DNA from: Bdellovibrionales bacterium
Lineage (GTDB): Bacteria; Bdellovibrionota; Bdellovibrionia; Bdellovibrionales; UBA1609
Direction: 5' to 3'
NCBI GenBank assembly: GCA_965247685.1
Contig: OZ252021.1
Location: 833,271 to 897,270, forward strand
DNA: 64,000 nt
This document shows, piece after piece, positions 39,831-50,021 of this stretch (positions are counted from its first letter, which is position 1; the number at the start of each line of letters is the position of its first letter). A model generated the notes under the pieces. It saw only the letters and a list, made by a program, of their open reading frames with translations, did no database searches and had not been told where the DNA came from. A program made the position numbers and the translations under genes.

Positions 39831-40400
39831 ATGAAGACTCTAAATAAATTTTTATTTTCTATTTTTTATCTTTCAATTATATTTTTGCTCACGAATTGTG
39901 CTTCCTCAGAAGATTGGAGAGATGCTTCGAGAGCATCTGCTAACATTGCTCCACTTCCTCAAGAAACAAAAGATGCTATTGTGCATGTGTATGCTGCAGC
40001 ATTGTGGGGAATTAGAGGTCGTTTTGCGGATCACACATGGATTGCTACAAAAAAAACTGGAGCTTCTAGTTATAAAGTCTACGAGGCAGTAGGTTGGAAT
40101 AAAGACCGAGGAAAGAATGCTTTGAGTGTTTTGTATGATATACCGGATAGGCTGTGGTATGGGAATCAACCAAAACTTCTCTTTAAGTTGGAAGGTAAAG
40201 AAGCAGAACCTGTTGTGGACAGAATAGAAGAGCTGGCAAAGAGGTATCCTTACAAATCGGAATACACTATATTCCCTGGACCTAATAGTAATACTTTTAC
40301 AGCTTGGATGATTTGTCAGATTCCGGAACTCGATCTGAAACTTTCTAAGAGAGCTATTGGTAAGAATTATTTAGAAGATTGTGAATTTTCCAAAAGGTAG
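39831..40400 (+). CDS. Putative lipoprotein (resembles DUF3750 family)
   Basis: 189 aa with lipobox LTNC and an AGGAAG RBS. WRDASRAS...VHVYAAALWGIRGRFADHTWIATK resembles DUF3750 proteins; this is from memory and unverified. Confidence 0.55.
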   Translation: MKTLNKFLFSIFYLSIIFLLTNCASSEDWRDASRASANIAPLPQETKDAIVHVYAAALWGIRGRFADHTWIATKKTGASSYKVYEAVGWNKDRGKNALSVLYDIPDRLWYGNQPKLLFKLEGKEAEPVVDRIEELAKRYPYKSEYTIFPGPNSNTFTAWMICQIPELDLKLSKRAIGKNYLEDCEFSKR

Positions 40401-40439
40401 TTTTTTTGAAAGAAGTTCTCAAAAAGAGGAATAAGGTCA

Positions 40440-41219
40440 ATGAAATATATTATTATATTGTTTTTGTGGATATGTTTATCTTGTGCTTCTCAAACGTCGC
40501 CTGATTCTCAAACGTCGGCTCATAAAGATGCAGAAGCTCAAGAAGTGAATCCAGAAGAAAAAGAAAAGGCCTCTTCTACTCAGAGTTCAAAAGATTCCTC
40601 TTCTTCACAAAAAACTTTTGTTGTCCCTTTTCAATCTGATCAGTGGCATTCTTTAGAGTATAGCTCCATTCCTTCTCATGAAGTTACATTTGCATCCGAT
40701 CATATTCAAATTAAAGTACGAAGTTCAGCTTCTCCTTTGATTTATCCTATGAAGGATAACCCGCTCCTTGTGAAGCAAGTTTCTATAAAAGGAGTTGTGA
40801 GTCAGTTACTCAATATCTCACCTGCTGAAAAGCAAGGGGAGAAAGGGCTCGATGATTTTAATTTAAGAGTAGGTTTAGTTTTGCTAGGTGCAAAACGACT
40901 GGAGTGGTATCAAAAGCTTACGGCTGCAGACTGGATTAAGCAAATGTTTGCACTAGCACCAAAAGATCAAGGTATTGATCATGTATATTTTCTTAATGGT
41001 GTTTTATCTCCTTCTTTAGTTAATAAAAAACGCACACACCCATTATCCAAATATATTAAAGAACATTATGTTTGGTTGATGAATCAATCAGGAGTTTTTG
41101 ATTATACCTATACTCTTGAGCAGCCTCGAAAGACGGTTGCCTTATGGATATCTGTAGATGGAGATGATACAGGCTCTAACTTCGACCTTAAAATCAATAA
41201 TATCACCCTCTTTAAGTAA
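40440..41219 (+). CDS. Putative lipoprotein (possibly DUF3047-like)
   Basis: 259 aa with lipobox LSCAS, a Ser-rich linker and a beta-rich C-terminal domain. Confidence 0.5.
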   Translation: MKYIIILFLWICLSCASQTSPDSQTSAHKDAEAQEVNPEEKEKASSTQSSKDSSSSQKTFVVPFQSDQWHSLEYSSIPSHEVTFASDHIQIKVRSSASPLIYPMKDNPLLVKQVSIKGVVSQLLNISPAEKQGEKGLDDFNLRVGLVLLGAKRLEWYQKLTAADWIKQMFALAPKDQGIDHVYFLNGVLSPSLVNKKRTHPLSKYIKEHYVWLMNQSGVFDYTYTLEQPRKTVALWISVDGDDTGSNFDLKINNITLFK

Positions 41220-41309
41220 GGGTCTTAAGGGGATTTTTTGATTGTAAAAGAGTTAAAAAAATCCTTTACTTGATCGAGATATATATTCATTATGTGAAAC
41301 CGTAAATAC

Positions 41310-41386
<77 letters not shown>

Positions 41387-41747
41387 TTTCTTTTTTAAGT
41401 ATTTAACATTACTGATGGTTTTTATCTGGTATTCCGTTGTTTCGTTTCCTTATTAAATAGATTAAAAGCTTTTGTAGTTTTTTTGCTGTGTCTCTACTCA
41501 AGAGAGCTATCACTTTAGTATGCCTTTCTTTCAATTTAAAAGTTTAACAAAGTGAGAAGTCTTTGTTGCCTCTTCATAAGAAGGGACTTTTTATTTATTG
41601 ATCCTAGAGAACTTGGCGGATGATCGTTGTGTTGTAGTATGAAAATTTTACATGGATCATTCTTCATTCTTGACGTTAGAAGAGTATACTGTACATTATA
41701 CAAAGTCTTATTAGGTTTTTTATATTTTCTTTACTAAGGGTGTTGAG

Positions 41748-42773
41748 ATGAAGTTTCTATTTATTGTTTTTGGTTTAATATTTATTTTTCAGACGTTCGC
41801 AGAGGGGCAGACTTCTGGCTCGGATACAATGTTGAAGAAAGAGACTTTAGAATCTGAGGAGGAGTCGAAGGAATCTAAAGAAAAGACTGTAGAACCTGGA
41901 GAGGAGTCTGAAGAAGAAGTTTTGATGAGATTTCTAATGGAAGAAGTTATTCCTGCATTTGGGGGATTTCAGGATTTATTTTTTTCAAATAAACCTTCTT
42001 TTGATATTCATTGGACGCCCCAAGGAATGCAAGTAAGAAATTGTTCCTTTAAATTTCAGCTCAAACAACTTAGAGCAGTACAATACAATCTGGCAGATAT
42101 AAAACTTTATGGATTTCATTCGAATGCGGAAATTGGTGATCCTGGGTTTTTGTTTGTTCAAATGTCTTGTGGTGAAGCAGGGTATGTTGAAAATAAAATC
42201 CATTTTAATATTAAATTTTTTGTTACAGATGAGGAGCTTACTCCTGCTTATTATAGTTTAAAAATTAAAACAATGGATAAAGAACAATTGGATATCAAAT
42301 TGAAGTCTATTGACATGGATGTAGATATTGAAACTGCTGATTTTACTTTGATATTGGACCAATATGGTCATACTAAAATTCTACCTCATGAATCTCCTTT
42401 TTTAAAATTTTTTGATGAAGAAAAAGCTTATATGGAGATTGTTGAAGATGATGGAGAAGATGAATCGAATGGAGATGATAAAGATAATGAGGAAGATGAA
42501 CAGATTAAAAATATGTATGACATTCCTATATCTATTTGGAATCAAATCAATGAAGTAGATAAAGTGTCTTCCGATGAAAATTCTCTAGTTCCTTTGAAAA
42601 AGGTCGCTGTGGAACAAACTATTCATTTAAAGGGTTCTGTCGAGATGTTTTTACCTATTTATAAAGGTGGGGTGAAGGAATACAATCGTGTTGTTGTTCC
42701 TATTGTTGGACGTATTTTTTCTCCTGTAAAAGGTGAAGTTATTCCAATTATTGATATATCTACAAGAAAATGA
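41748..42773 (+). CDS. Secreted acidic hypothetical protein (operon gene 1)
   Basis: 341 aa with a signal peptide and Glu/Asp-rich stretches. Its stop overlaps the next start. Confidence 0.55.
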   Translation: MKFLFIVFGLIFIFQTFAEGQTSGSDTMLKKETLESEEESKESKEKTVEPGEESEEEVLMRFLMEEVIPAFGGFQDLFFSNKPSFDIHWTPQGMQVRNCSFKFQLKQLRAVQYNLADIKLYGFHSNAEIGDPGFLFVQMSCGEAGYVENKIHFNIKFFVTDEELTPAYYSLKIKTMDKEQLDIKLKSIDMDVDIETADFTLILDQYGHTKILPHESPFLKFFDEEKAYMEIVEDDGEDESNGDDKDNEEDEQIKNMYDIPISIWNQINEVDKVSSDENSLVPLKKVAVEQTIHLKGSVEMFLPIYKGGVKEYNRVVVPIVGRIFSPVKGEVIPIIDISTRK

Positions 42774-43525
42774 AATATTTAAGTTTTTTAATCTTTTTGT
42801 TTTTATTGACTGGAAAAGTGGAGAGTCAGTTATTGTCGTCTGAAGATTCTTCGTTGGATCCAAAAGTTTCATCTGAAATTTATGATAAACCTTCTATATA
42901 TAGGTATTTATTGGAGCCTTTACTTTCCTTAGATGAAGCATGGGGTGATACAGTGACCCATTGTAGTGTTTTAGGAGAAGACTTATCTCAGGTGATTCAA
43001 ATTTATGATGGCTTAGGATCTTGTATTTTTGAACAGGTTGATTTGTTTTCAGATGAAGAAGAAATTCAGAAAAATATTATTTTTCACATACAAGTAAAGA
43101 GTCGGTTATTTGATTTGTTGTTTCAGTGGACAGATTTAAGTGTTCAGGACATATTTAATTCTTATTTAGAAAATAATCCTCACAAACTATCCAGCCAAAT
43201 AACTCTTGAGTTACTTGGTGATGAGCAGTCTCTTTTTGATGATTTATCTTATTTTGTCTTATCTGAGATGTTTAAAACATCTCTTTCTAAAGATGAGCAT
43301 AACCTTCAAAATGCATCTCCATTGTTATTGCAGAAAAAAATTGATACCATTCATCTGAATGTTGTTCCCTATGCAGATGGATTATTAAAAGTGACTTTGA
43401 GTTTTTTTGATTCACAGGATGTAGAGTTTTATAAGTTAGGAGTTATTACTAATTATTATATTGGTGCAGATGAGTTTTTTGTGACTTCTATAGATCAATA
43501 CCTAGAGGAAAAGAATGAAGAGTAG
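42770..43525 (+). CDS. Secreted hypothetical protein (operon gene 2)
   Basis: 251 aa with a signal peptide. Overlaps both neighbouring genes. Confidence 0.55.
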   Translation: MKYLSFLIFLFLLTGKVESQLLSSEDSSLDPKVSSEIYDKPSIYRYLLEPLLSLDEAWGDTVTHCSVLGEDLSQVIQIYDGLGSCIFEQVDLFSDEEEIQKNIIFHIQVKSRLFDLLFQWTDLSVQDIFNSYLENNPHKLSSQITLELLGDEQSLFDDLSYFVLSEMFKTSLSKDEHNLQNASPLLLQKKIDTIHLNVVPYADGLLKVTLSFFDSQDVEFYKLGVITNYYIGADEFFVTSIDQYLEEKNEE

Positions 43526-44708
43526 AATTTATATTCTATTATTTTTTTATCCCTCTTTTTTATTTGCTGGAGAATTTTGTAAATTACAGCCTGAGGATTT
43601 TGATGAAGATGCCAGGAGTTCTCTTTCGGTTTTTGAGGAGAATATTGAGAATAAGGTCTCTGATATTTATCGTACTCAATACCCGCATGTAATTAAAAAA
43701 TTAAAAACTCTTGAAGAGTTGCAAAATAAGTTAACAAGAATTGAAAATCAGTATAGTCAAAAATACATCAGATCTCCAAATAGACATCCAAGGAATCGTG
43801 CGGTGGATCGTTTAAGCAAAAGAAGAAGAAAAAAGTTATTTTTGAAATTAGCAGAACAAAATATTCATTCTGAATCAGATTTGAGTGATTACTTGAAAAA
43901 AATAAAAGTGATTCGTCCTATGTCTTTTGACGTATATCAGGATTATTCAAATACAGTGAATGATTTAAAGTCACAAATTGAGGAAGTGAATACGTTGTTA
44001 TTGGAAATACAATCCTTTGGGTTTCTACAGTTCCCAGATTTTGGTTTCTCATTAAGAGGAGATAAATTTTATGGACATTTTAAAATGGAAGGATTGTTTC
44101 GTGTACCAAAAGATGATTTGTTAAGATTGCCTTTTTTAAAAATTGGTTTTGAAACAAGTCCTAATACGGTAATCTATTCTTGTGTTCATCTAGATGAGTT
44201 TAAACCAGATAACAATCGTATTTATATTTACTTTTTAAATACAACAAAACTTGATATTTTGCGTAGGACAGATTTTATAATGCGTCCGATTTCGTCTATT
44301 CGTAATTTGTTAGGGCTTAGCCAAGAGCCTCAAGCTGTCATTTCTCATTTGCCTTTTGTATTGAATTCTGCAGCTGGTGAGGTTTCCGAGACGTTGAGTA
44401 ACTTGGGTCAAGTTCAGCAGATTGGCAATCATCCTTCTTTTAATCAAATTATGGATGAAGTTGGTAGATTAAAAATTTTGAATTTTGCAGCAAATCTTAA
44501 TCCTATTCTTGCAGTGATTAATGATAATGTGCAGATCGGTGTTCAGGGCTTTGTTATTCATCCGGACAAACTGCAAATTCGATATGCTGGAACAACCTTA
44601 TATGGTTTTATTAATTTTAATTTACCTACTCAAAATCAGAGTGTGGATTTTTCATCTTTTATGAATATTATAACTCTGGACTTAAATAGTGACAATGTTG
44701 ATCTTTAG
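43515..44708 (+). CDS. Secreted hypothetical protein (operon gene 3)
   Basis: 397 aa with a signal peptide. 11-nt overlap with gene 2. Confidence 0.55.
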   Translation: MKSRIYILLFFYPSFLFAGEFCKLQPEDFDEDARSSLSVFEENIENKVSDIYRTQYPHVIKKLKTLEELQNKLTRIENQYSQKYIRSPNRHPRNRAVDRLSKRRRKKLFLKLAEQNIHSESDLSDYLKKIKVIRPMSFDVYQDYSNTVNDLKSQIEEVNTLLLEIQSFGFLQFPDFGFSLRGDKFYGHFKMEGLFRVPKDDLLRLPFLKIGFETSPNTVIYSCVHLDEFKPDNNRIYIYFLNTTKLDILRRTDFIMRPISSIRNLLGLSQEPQAVISHLPFVLNSAAGEVSETLSNLGQVQQIGNHPSFNQIMDEVGRLKILNFAANLNPILAVINDNVQIGVQGFVIHPDKLQIRYAGTTLYGFINFNLPTQNQSVDFSSFMNIITLDLNSDNVDL

Positions 44709-44973
44709 TCAAACTCTGCTGGATATTCTTTTAATTGATGATATAGGTTACTCAACAGTAATCCACAAATTTTTTCAGCTTCCATGAATTAATTATTTTT
44801 ATAATCCTTCAAAAACAGGTGCACCATGCAAAAACTAACCAAAAAAAGAGAACAATAAGTAACAAATTAGGATTAATAATCTCTACACAGGTCACTGTCA
44901 GGCTATACTTCTTTTCTGCAGCAAAGAAGACTTTTATAAACTTTATACAATTAGTTGGGTTGTGACTTTTTTT

Positions 44974-45786
44974 TTAAAGCGAGAAAATAGGATTTTGTAA
45001 ACTGTATTTTTCTAACATATTCTTCATTTTTTGTTTTCCCCATTCTTTTTCTTTCTGTTTAAGTTGATTGGGTGTGACTTTTGAAAAACCTTGGAGATCT
45101 TTTCTCATCTTGTCTTTGACTGCATTTTTTCCGATAAGGTCTTCTATAAATTGAACTATTTTTTTTAGTTCACTGAGATTGATTCTTGAAAAAGCTTGGA
45201 GATTTTTCTTCATTATTTCTCTGGTAGCCTCTTTTTCGATGTAGTTTTCTATAAATTGAACTACTTTTTTTAGTTCGCTGAGATTGGCTCTTGAAAAACC
45301 TTGGAGATCTTTTTCTATCCTTTCTCTGGTAGCCTCTTCTCCAATGTAGTCTTTTATAAATTGAATATTATCTTTTATATTCTTCACTGAGTTTTTATGA
45401 AAACCGCTCAAGGATTTTTTTAAACGTTCGTTCACCCCCTCTTTTTCTATATAATTCTCATAGAGCTTGACTCTTTCCAAAAAATTCTTAAATCGAAAGA
45501 GTTTAAAATAAGAGACTGCTCGGATTCTTTTTAAAGTTTCCTCTTCTCCGATTCGATTGATTAAAAAATTGAGGAATTCTTTCATTTCAGGTTCATCCCA
45601 AGACTTTGTAGTTTCTGTTACCTTAGTTTTCCAATTTTTAGGCATCTCAGAATTGAAGTTTTTTCCTATTTGATTTTTTGCAAACTGAATAAAGACATGC
45701 TCACATTTACCTTGAGCAAAAGAGTTAAGAGCAAAAAGTAAAGTAAATATATGTATGCGAAAAGAATGCATATTTTTAACTCCCAT
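44974..45786 (-). CDS. 35-aa-repeat secreted protein, short paralog (2 canonical repeats plus degenerate flanking units)
   Basis: 270 aa. The N-terminal about 95 aa and the C-terminal LKQKEKEWGKQKMK tail are shared with 46004..48496. FIENYIxKEATREIMKKNLQAFSxxNLSELKK units. Confidence 0.7.
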   Translation of the reverse strand: MGVKNMHSFRIHIFTLLFALNSFAQGKCEHVFIQFAKNQIGKNFNSEMPKNWKTKVTETTKSWDEPEMKEFLNFLINRIGEEETLKRIRAVSYFKLFRFKNFLERVKLYENYIEKEGVNERLKKSLSGFHKNSVKNIKDNIQFIKDYIGEEATRERIEKDLQGFSRANLSELKKVVQFIENYIEKEATREIMKKNLQAFSRINLSELKKIVQFIEDLIGKNAVKDKMRKDLQGFSKVTPNQLKQKEKEWGKQKMKNMLEKYSLQNPIFSL

Positions 45787-46003
45787 TAATGAAGGGCCAT
45801 TTGAAGGAAGTTAGAACATTTTAGCGTATTAAAGTCTACATATTTTTTCATTGTAAATCATATATGTGGTTTAAGTTTTTTGTAATTCTTAATAAGAGGC
45901 TATTTATTGCCTGAGAACAGGTCACTGTCAGGCTATACTTCTTTTCTGCCGCAAAGAAGATTTTTATAAATTTTACAAAAGTAGTTGGATTTTAATCTTG
46001 TTT

Positions 46004-48496
46004 TTAAAGCAAGAAAACAGAATTTCGTAAATTGTATTTTTCTAACATATCCTTCATTTTTTGTTTTCCCCATTCTTTTTCTTTTTCTTTAAGTTGATTG
46101 AGTGTAACTTCTAAAAAGCTTCCAAGATCTATTTTTATTTTCTCTTTGACTGCCTCTTCTTCGATGTAGATTTCTATGTACTTAACTACTTGTTTTAATT
46201 CATTGAGTTTAGCGTCTGAAAACCCTCGAAGACCTTTCCTTATTTTCTCTCTGACTACATCTTCTTCGATGTAGATTTCTATAAATTGAACTACTTTTTT
46301 TAGTTCGCTGAGTTTAGTATTTAAAAAAGATCGGAGATCTTTCTTCATTATCTTTCTGGTAGCCTCTTTTCCGGTATAGCTTTCTATATACTTAATTACT
46401 TGTTTTAATTCATTGAATTTAGCATATGAAAAAGCTTGAAGATTTTCCTTCATCATTTTTATTGTTGCCTCTTTTCCAATATAATTTTCTATATGCTTAA
46501 TTACTTGTTTTAATTCATTGAGATTGGCAATTGAAAAAGATCGGAGATCTTTTTTCATTATCTCTCTGGGTGCCTCTTCTTCAATGTAGCTTTTTATAAA
46601 TTGAACTACTTTTTCTAGTTCACTGAGATTGGCTCTTGAAAAAGATCGGAGATCTTTCTTCATTATTTTTATTGTTGCCTCTTTTCCGAGATAGTTTTCA
46701 ATATACTTAACTACTTTTTCTAGTTTGATGAGTTTGGCTATTGAGAAACTTTCAAGATTTTGTTTCATTATTTCTTTGATTGCCTCTTTTCCGATATAGT
46801 TTTCTATAAATTGAACTACTTTTTCTAGTTCGCTGAGTTTAGCATATGAAAGAGCTTGAAGATTTTTTTGTATTATTTTTATTGTTGCCTCTTTTCCGAT
46901 ATAGTTTTCTATAAATTGAATTACTTTTTCTAGTTCGTTGAGGTTGGCTATTGAAAAACCTTTGAGATTTTGTTTCATTCTTTCTTTGGTTGCCTCTTTT
47001 CCGATATAGTTTTCTATAAATTGAACTGCTTTTTCTAGTTTGCTGAGTTTAGCCCTTGAAAAAGCTTGAAGATTTTTTTTCATTATTTTTATTGTAGCCT
47101 CTTTTCCGATATAGTTTTCTATATACTTAATTACTTGTTTTAATTCATTGAGTTTGACATATGAAAAAGCTTGAAGATCTTTTTTCATTCTTTCTTTGAT
47201 TGCCTCTTTTCCGATATAGTTTTCTATATACTTAATTACTTGTTTTAATTCATTGAGTTTGACATATGAAAAAGATCGGAGATCTTTTTTTATTATTTCT
47301 CTGGTAGCCTCTATTCCGATATAGTTTCCTATATACATAATTATTTTTTTTAATTCATTGAGATTGGCGTCTGAAAATCCTCGAATACTTCTCCTTATTC
47401 TCTCTCTGATTGCCTCTTCTTCGATGTAGATTTCTATAAATTGAACTGCTTTTTCTAGTTCGCTGAGATTGGCATTTGCAAAAGATCGGAGATCTTTTTT
47501 CATTCTTTCTTTGGTTGCATTTTTTCCGATATAGCTTTCTATATACTTAACTACTTTTTCTAGTTTGCTGAGTTTGGCTATTGAGAAACCTTCAAGATTT
47601 TGTTTCATTATTTCTTTGGTTGCCTCTTTTCCGAGATAGTTTTCTATAAATTGAACTACTTTTTCTAGTTCGCTGAGTTTAGCCTTTGCAAAAGCTTGAA
47701 GATCTTTTTTCATTCTTTCTTTGGTTGCCTCTTTTCCGATATAGTTTTCTATAAATGGAACTACTTTTTTTAGTTCGTTGAGGTTGGTTCTTGAAAAAGC
47801 TTGGAGATCTTTTTTCATCCTGTCTTTGACTGCCTCTTCTCCGATGTAGTTTTTTATAAATTGAACTACTTTTTTTAGTTCACTGAGATTGGTATTTGAA
47901 AAAGCTTGAATATTTTTCTTCATTATTTCTCTGGTAGCTTCTTTTCCGAGATAGTTTTCTATAAATTGAACTACTTTTTTTAGTTCTCTGAGATTGGCTA
48001 TTGAAAAACCTTGGAGATCTTTTTTTATCCTTTCTCTGGTAGCCTCTTCTCCGATGTAGTTTTCTATAAATTGAATATTATTTTTTATATTCTCCACTGA
48101 GTTTTTATGAAAACCGCTCAAAGATTTTTTTAAACGTTCGTTCACTCCATCTCTTTCTATATAATTCTCATAGAGATTGACTCTTTCCAAAAAATTCTCA
48201 AATCGAAAGGATTTAAAATAAGAAACTGCTCGGATTCTTTTTAAAGTTTCCTCTTCTCCGATTCGATTGATTAAAAAATTGAGGAATTCTTTCATTTCAG
48301 GTTTATCCCAAGACTTTGTAGTTTCTGTTACCTTAGTTTTCCAATTTTTAGGCATCTCAGAATTGAAGTTTTTTCCTATTTTATTTTCTGCAAATTGAAT
48401 AAATACATGCTCACATTTACCTTGAGTAAAAGAGTTAAGAGCAAAAAGTAAAGTAAATATATGTATGCGAAAAAAACGCATGTTTTTAACTCCCAT
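46004..48496 (-). CDS. 35-aa-repeat secreted protein, long paralog (18 canonical repeats plus degenerate first/last units)
   Basis: 830 aa with a signal peptide. About 2 kb of 105-bp tandem repeats encoding [FY]IENYIGKEAT.E.MKK[DN]L[QR].FS-x-[ATV]-[NK]-L.EL.K[VA][VI]. Confidence 0.75.
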   Translation of the reverse strand: MGVKNMRFFRIHIFTLLFALNSFTQGKCEHVFIQFAENKIGKNFNSEMPKNWKTKVTETTKSWDKPEMKEFLNFLINRIGEEETLKRIRAVSYFKSFRFENFLERVNLYENYIERDGVNERLKKSLSGFHKNSVENIKNNIQFIENYIGEEATRERIKKDLQGFSIANLRELKKVVQFIENYLGKEATREIMKKNIQAFSNTNLSELKKVVQFIKNYIGEEAVKDRMKKDLQAFSRTNLNELKKVVPFIENYIGKEATKERMKKDLQAFAKAKLSELEKVVQFIENYLGKEATKEIMKQNLEGFSIAKLSKLEKVVKYIESYIGKNATKERMKKDLRSFANANLSELEKAVQFIEIYIEEEAIRERIRRSIRGFSDANLNELKKIIMYIGNYIGIEATREIIKKDLRSFSYVKLNELKQVIKYIENYIGKEAIKERMKKDLQAFSYVKLNELKQVIKYIENYIGKEATIKIMKKNLQAFSRAKLSKLEKAVQFIENYIGKEATKERMKQNLKGFSIANLNELEKVIQFIENYIGKEATIKIIQKNLQALSYAKLSELEKVVQFIENYIGKEAIKEIMKQNLESFSIAKLIKLEKVVKYIENYLGKEATIKIMKKDLRSFSRANLSELEKVVQFIKSYIEEEAPREIMKKDLRSFSIANLNELKQVIKHIENYIGKEATIKMMKENLQAFSYAKFNELKQVIKYIESYTGKEATRKIMKKDLRSFLNTKLSELKKVVQFIEIYIEEDVVREKIRKGLRGFSDAKLNELKQVVKYIEIYIEEEAVKEKIKIDLGSFLEVTLNQLKEKEKEWGKQKMKDMLEKYNLRNSVFLL

Positions 48497-48691
48497 TAAT
48501 GAAGGGCCATTTAAAGGAAGTTAGAGCATTGTAGCATATTAAAGTCTACATATTTTTTAATTGTAAATTATATATGTGATTTAAGTTGTTTTAAGTTTTT
48601 TGTAATTCTTAATAAAAGGCTATTTATTGCCTGAGAACAGGTCCTGTCAAGCTATACTTCTTTTCTGCAACAAAGAAGATTTTTATAAACT

Positions 48692-49222
48692 TTACAAAAG
48701 TAGTTGGATTTTAACTTTGTTTTTTAAAGCAAGAAAATAGAATTTCGTAAATTGTATTTTTCTACCATAATCCTTTATTTTTTGTTTTCTCCATTCTTTT
48801 TCTTTTTCTTTAAGTTGATTGAGTGTAACTTCTAAAAAGCTTCCAAGATCTATTTTTATTTTCTCTTTGACTGCCTCTTCTTCGATGTAGATTTCTATAA
48901 ATTGAACTACTTTTTCTAGTTCACTGAGATTGGCTCTTGAAAAAGATCGGAGATCTTTCTTCATTATTTCTCTGGTAGCCTCTTTTCCAATTCGACTGAT
49001 TAAAAAATTGAGAAATTTTTTCATTTCAGATCCATCCCAAGAATTTGTAGCTTTTGCTACCTTAGTTTCCCAATTTTTGGGCATCTTAGAACTGAAGTTT
49101 TTTCCTATTTTATTTTCTGCAAATTGAATAAATACATGTTTACATTTACCTTGAGCAAAAGAGTTAAAAAAAAGTAAAGTAAATATATGTATGCAAAAAG
49201 AATACGTATTTTGAATTCCCAT
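48692..49222 (-). CDS. 35-aa-repeat protein, collapsed paralog (about 1 repeat, altered C-terminus; possibly decaying)
   Basis: 176 aa. It has the same N- and C-terminal modules, but an indel near 48760 shifts the frame past the family stop codon. Confidence 0.5.
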   Translation of the reverse strand: MGIQNTYSFCIHIFTLLFFNSFAQGKCKHVFIQFAENKIGKNFSSKMPKNWETKVAKATNSWDGSEMKKFLNFLISRIGKEATREIMKKDLRSFSRANLSELEKVVQFIEIYIEEEAVKEKIKIDLGSFLEVTLNQLKEKEKEWRKQKIKDYGRKIQFTKFYFLALKNKVKIQLLL

Positions 49223-49526
49223 TAATGAAGGACTATTTAAAGAGAGTTAAGGCATTGTAGTATGTTTCAATGAACGAATGATGTATTTGTCAGTGTTTCA
49301 TTTTTTAGTAGTTTGATATTGTTTTATTTTAAAACTTTATTTTTGATTCTTTAGCTAAATTTTCTTTATAATTGGCTCACTTAAACGCTTAAGATATGAT
49401 TGTATTTTGCTCTGAGATAACTTATGTACTTAATTAAACTATATTTTATGTTAGATATAAATATAAAGTTGTTAAATTTTTTAAATAATGTTAAATGTTA
49501 AGAACAATGAATCAGATTGAAACAAT

Positions 49527-50021
49527 ATGAATACAAAAAAACAGTCTATAAAAGATTATTTTTATTTTTCACCCATTGGCTGTCTGAAGATTCAAATGAA
49601 AGATAATAAAATTTATGCTCTTTCTAAAGATTCTTCTCGAACTCCTAGAAGTTCTTCTTGGGGAACGGCTCCTTGTGTTGTTCAAAGTTTAAAATTGCAA
49701 CTGGATCAGTATTTTGCAGGTCAAAAAATAAAAATGAAAAATTTATCTCTTTCTGCTCGAGGAACTTTTTTTCAAAACAAAGTTTGGAAGTGTTTGATGG
49801 ATATTCCTTATGGAAAGACTCTGACTTATTCCGAGGTAGCTCAAAAAATTGGATCCTTTAAAGCATTTAGAGCTGTCGGTACAGCTTGTGGACAAAACCC
49901 TTGGTTATTGGTTGTTCCATGCCATCGTGTAGTCTCACAGAATGGACTTGGGGGCTTTGCTTTAGGTTTAAAAACGAAATCTTGGCTTCTCCATCGAGAA
50001 AATTCCACGGAGATTTTATGA
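49527..50021 (+). CDS. ogt: Methylated-DNA-protein-cysteine methyltransferase
   Basis: PCHRVV active site and YGKTLTYSEVA helix-turn-helix context. Confidence 0.9.
   Translation: MNTKKQSIKDYFYFSPIGCLKIQMKDNKIYALSKDSSRTPRSSSWGTAPCVVQSLKLQLDQYFAGQKIKMKNLSLSARGTFFQNKVWKCLMDIPYGKTLTYSEVAQKIGSFKAFRAVGTACGQNPWLLVVPCHRVVSQNGLGGFALGLKTKSWLLHRENSTEIL

Noticed and set aside
41387-41747. Expected tRNA-Ala, 23S or 5S after tRNA-Ile
   Set aside because: I read the interval and found no tRNA cloverleaf and no conserved 23S 5' sequence. The next feature is a protein operon.
46100-48100. Direct assignment of the 35-aa repeats to mTERF, TALE, PPR, TPR or HEAT
   Set aside because: The period and amphipathic pattern are compatible with several families, but diagnostic residues (for example the mTERF proline or a TALE RVD loop context) are not evident. 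The family is left unassigned pending profile and structure searches.
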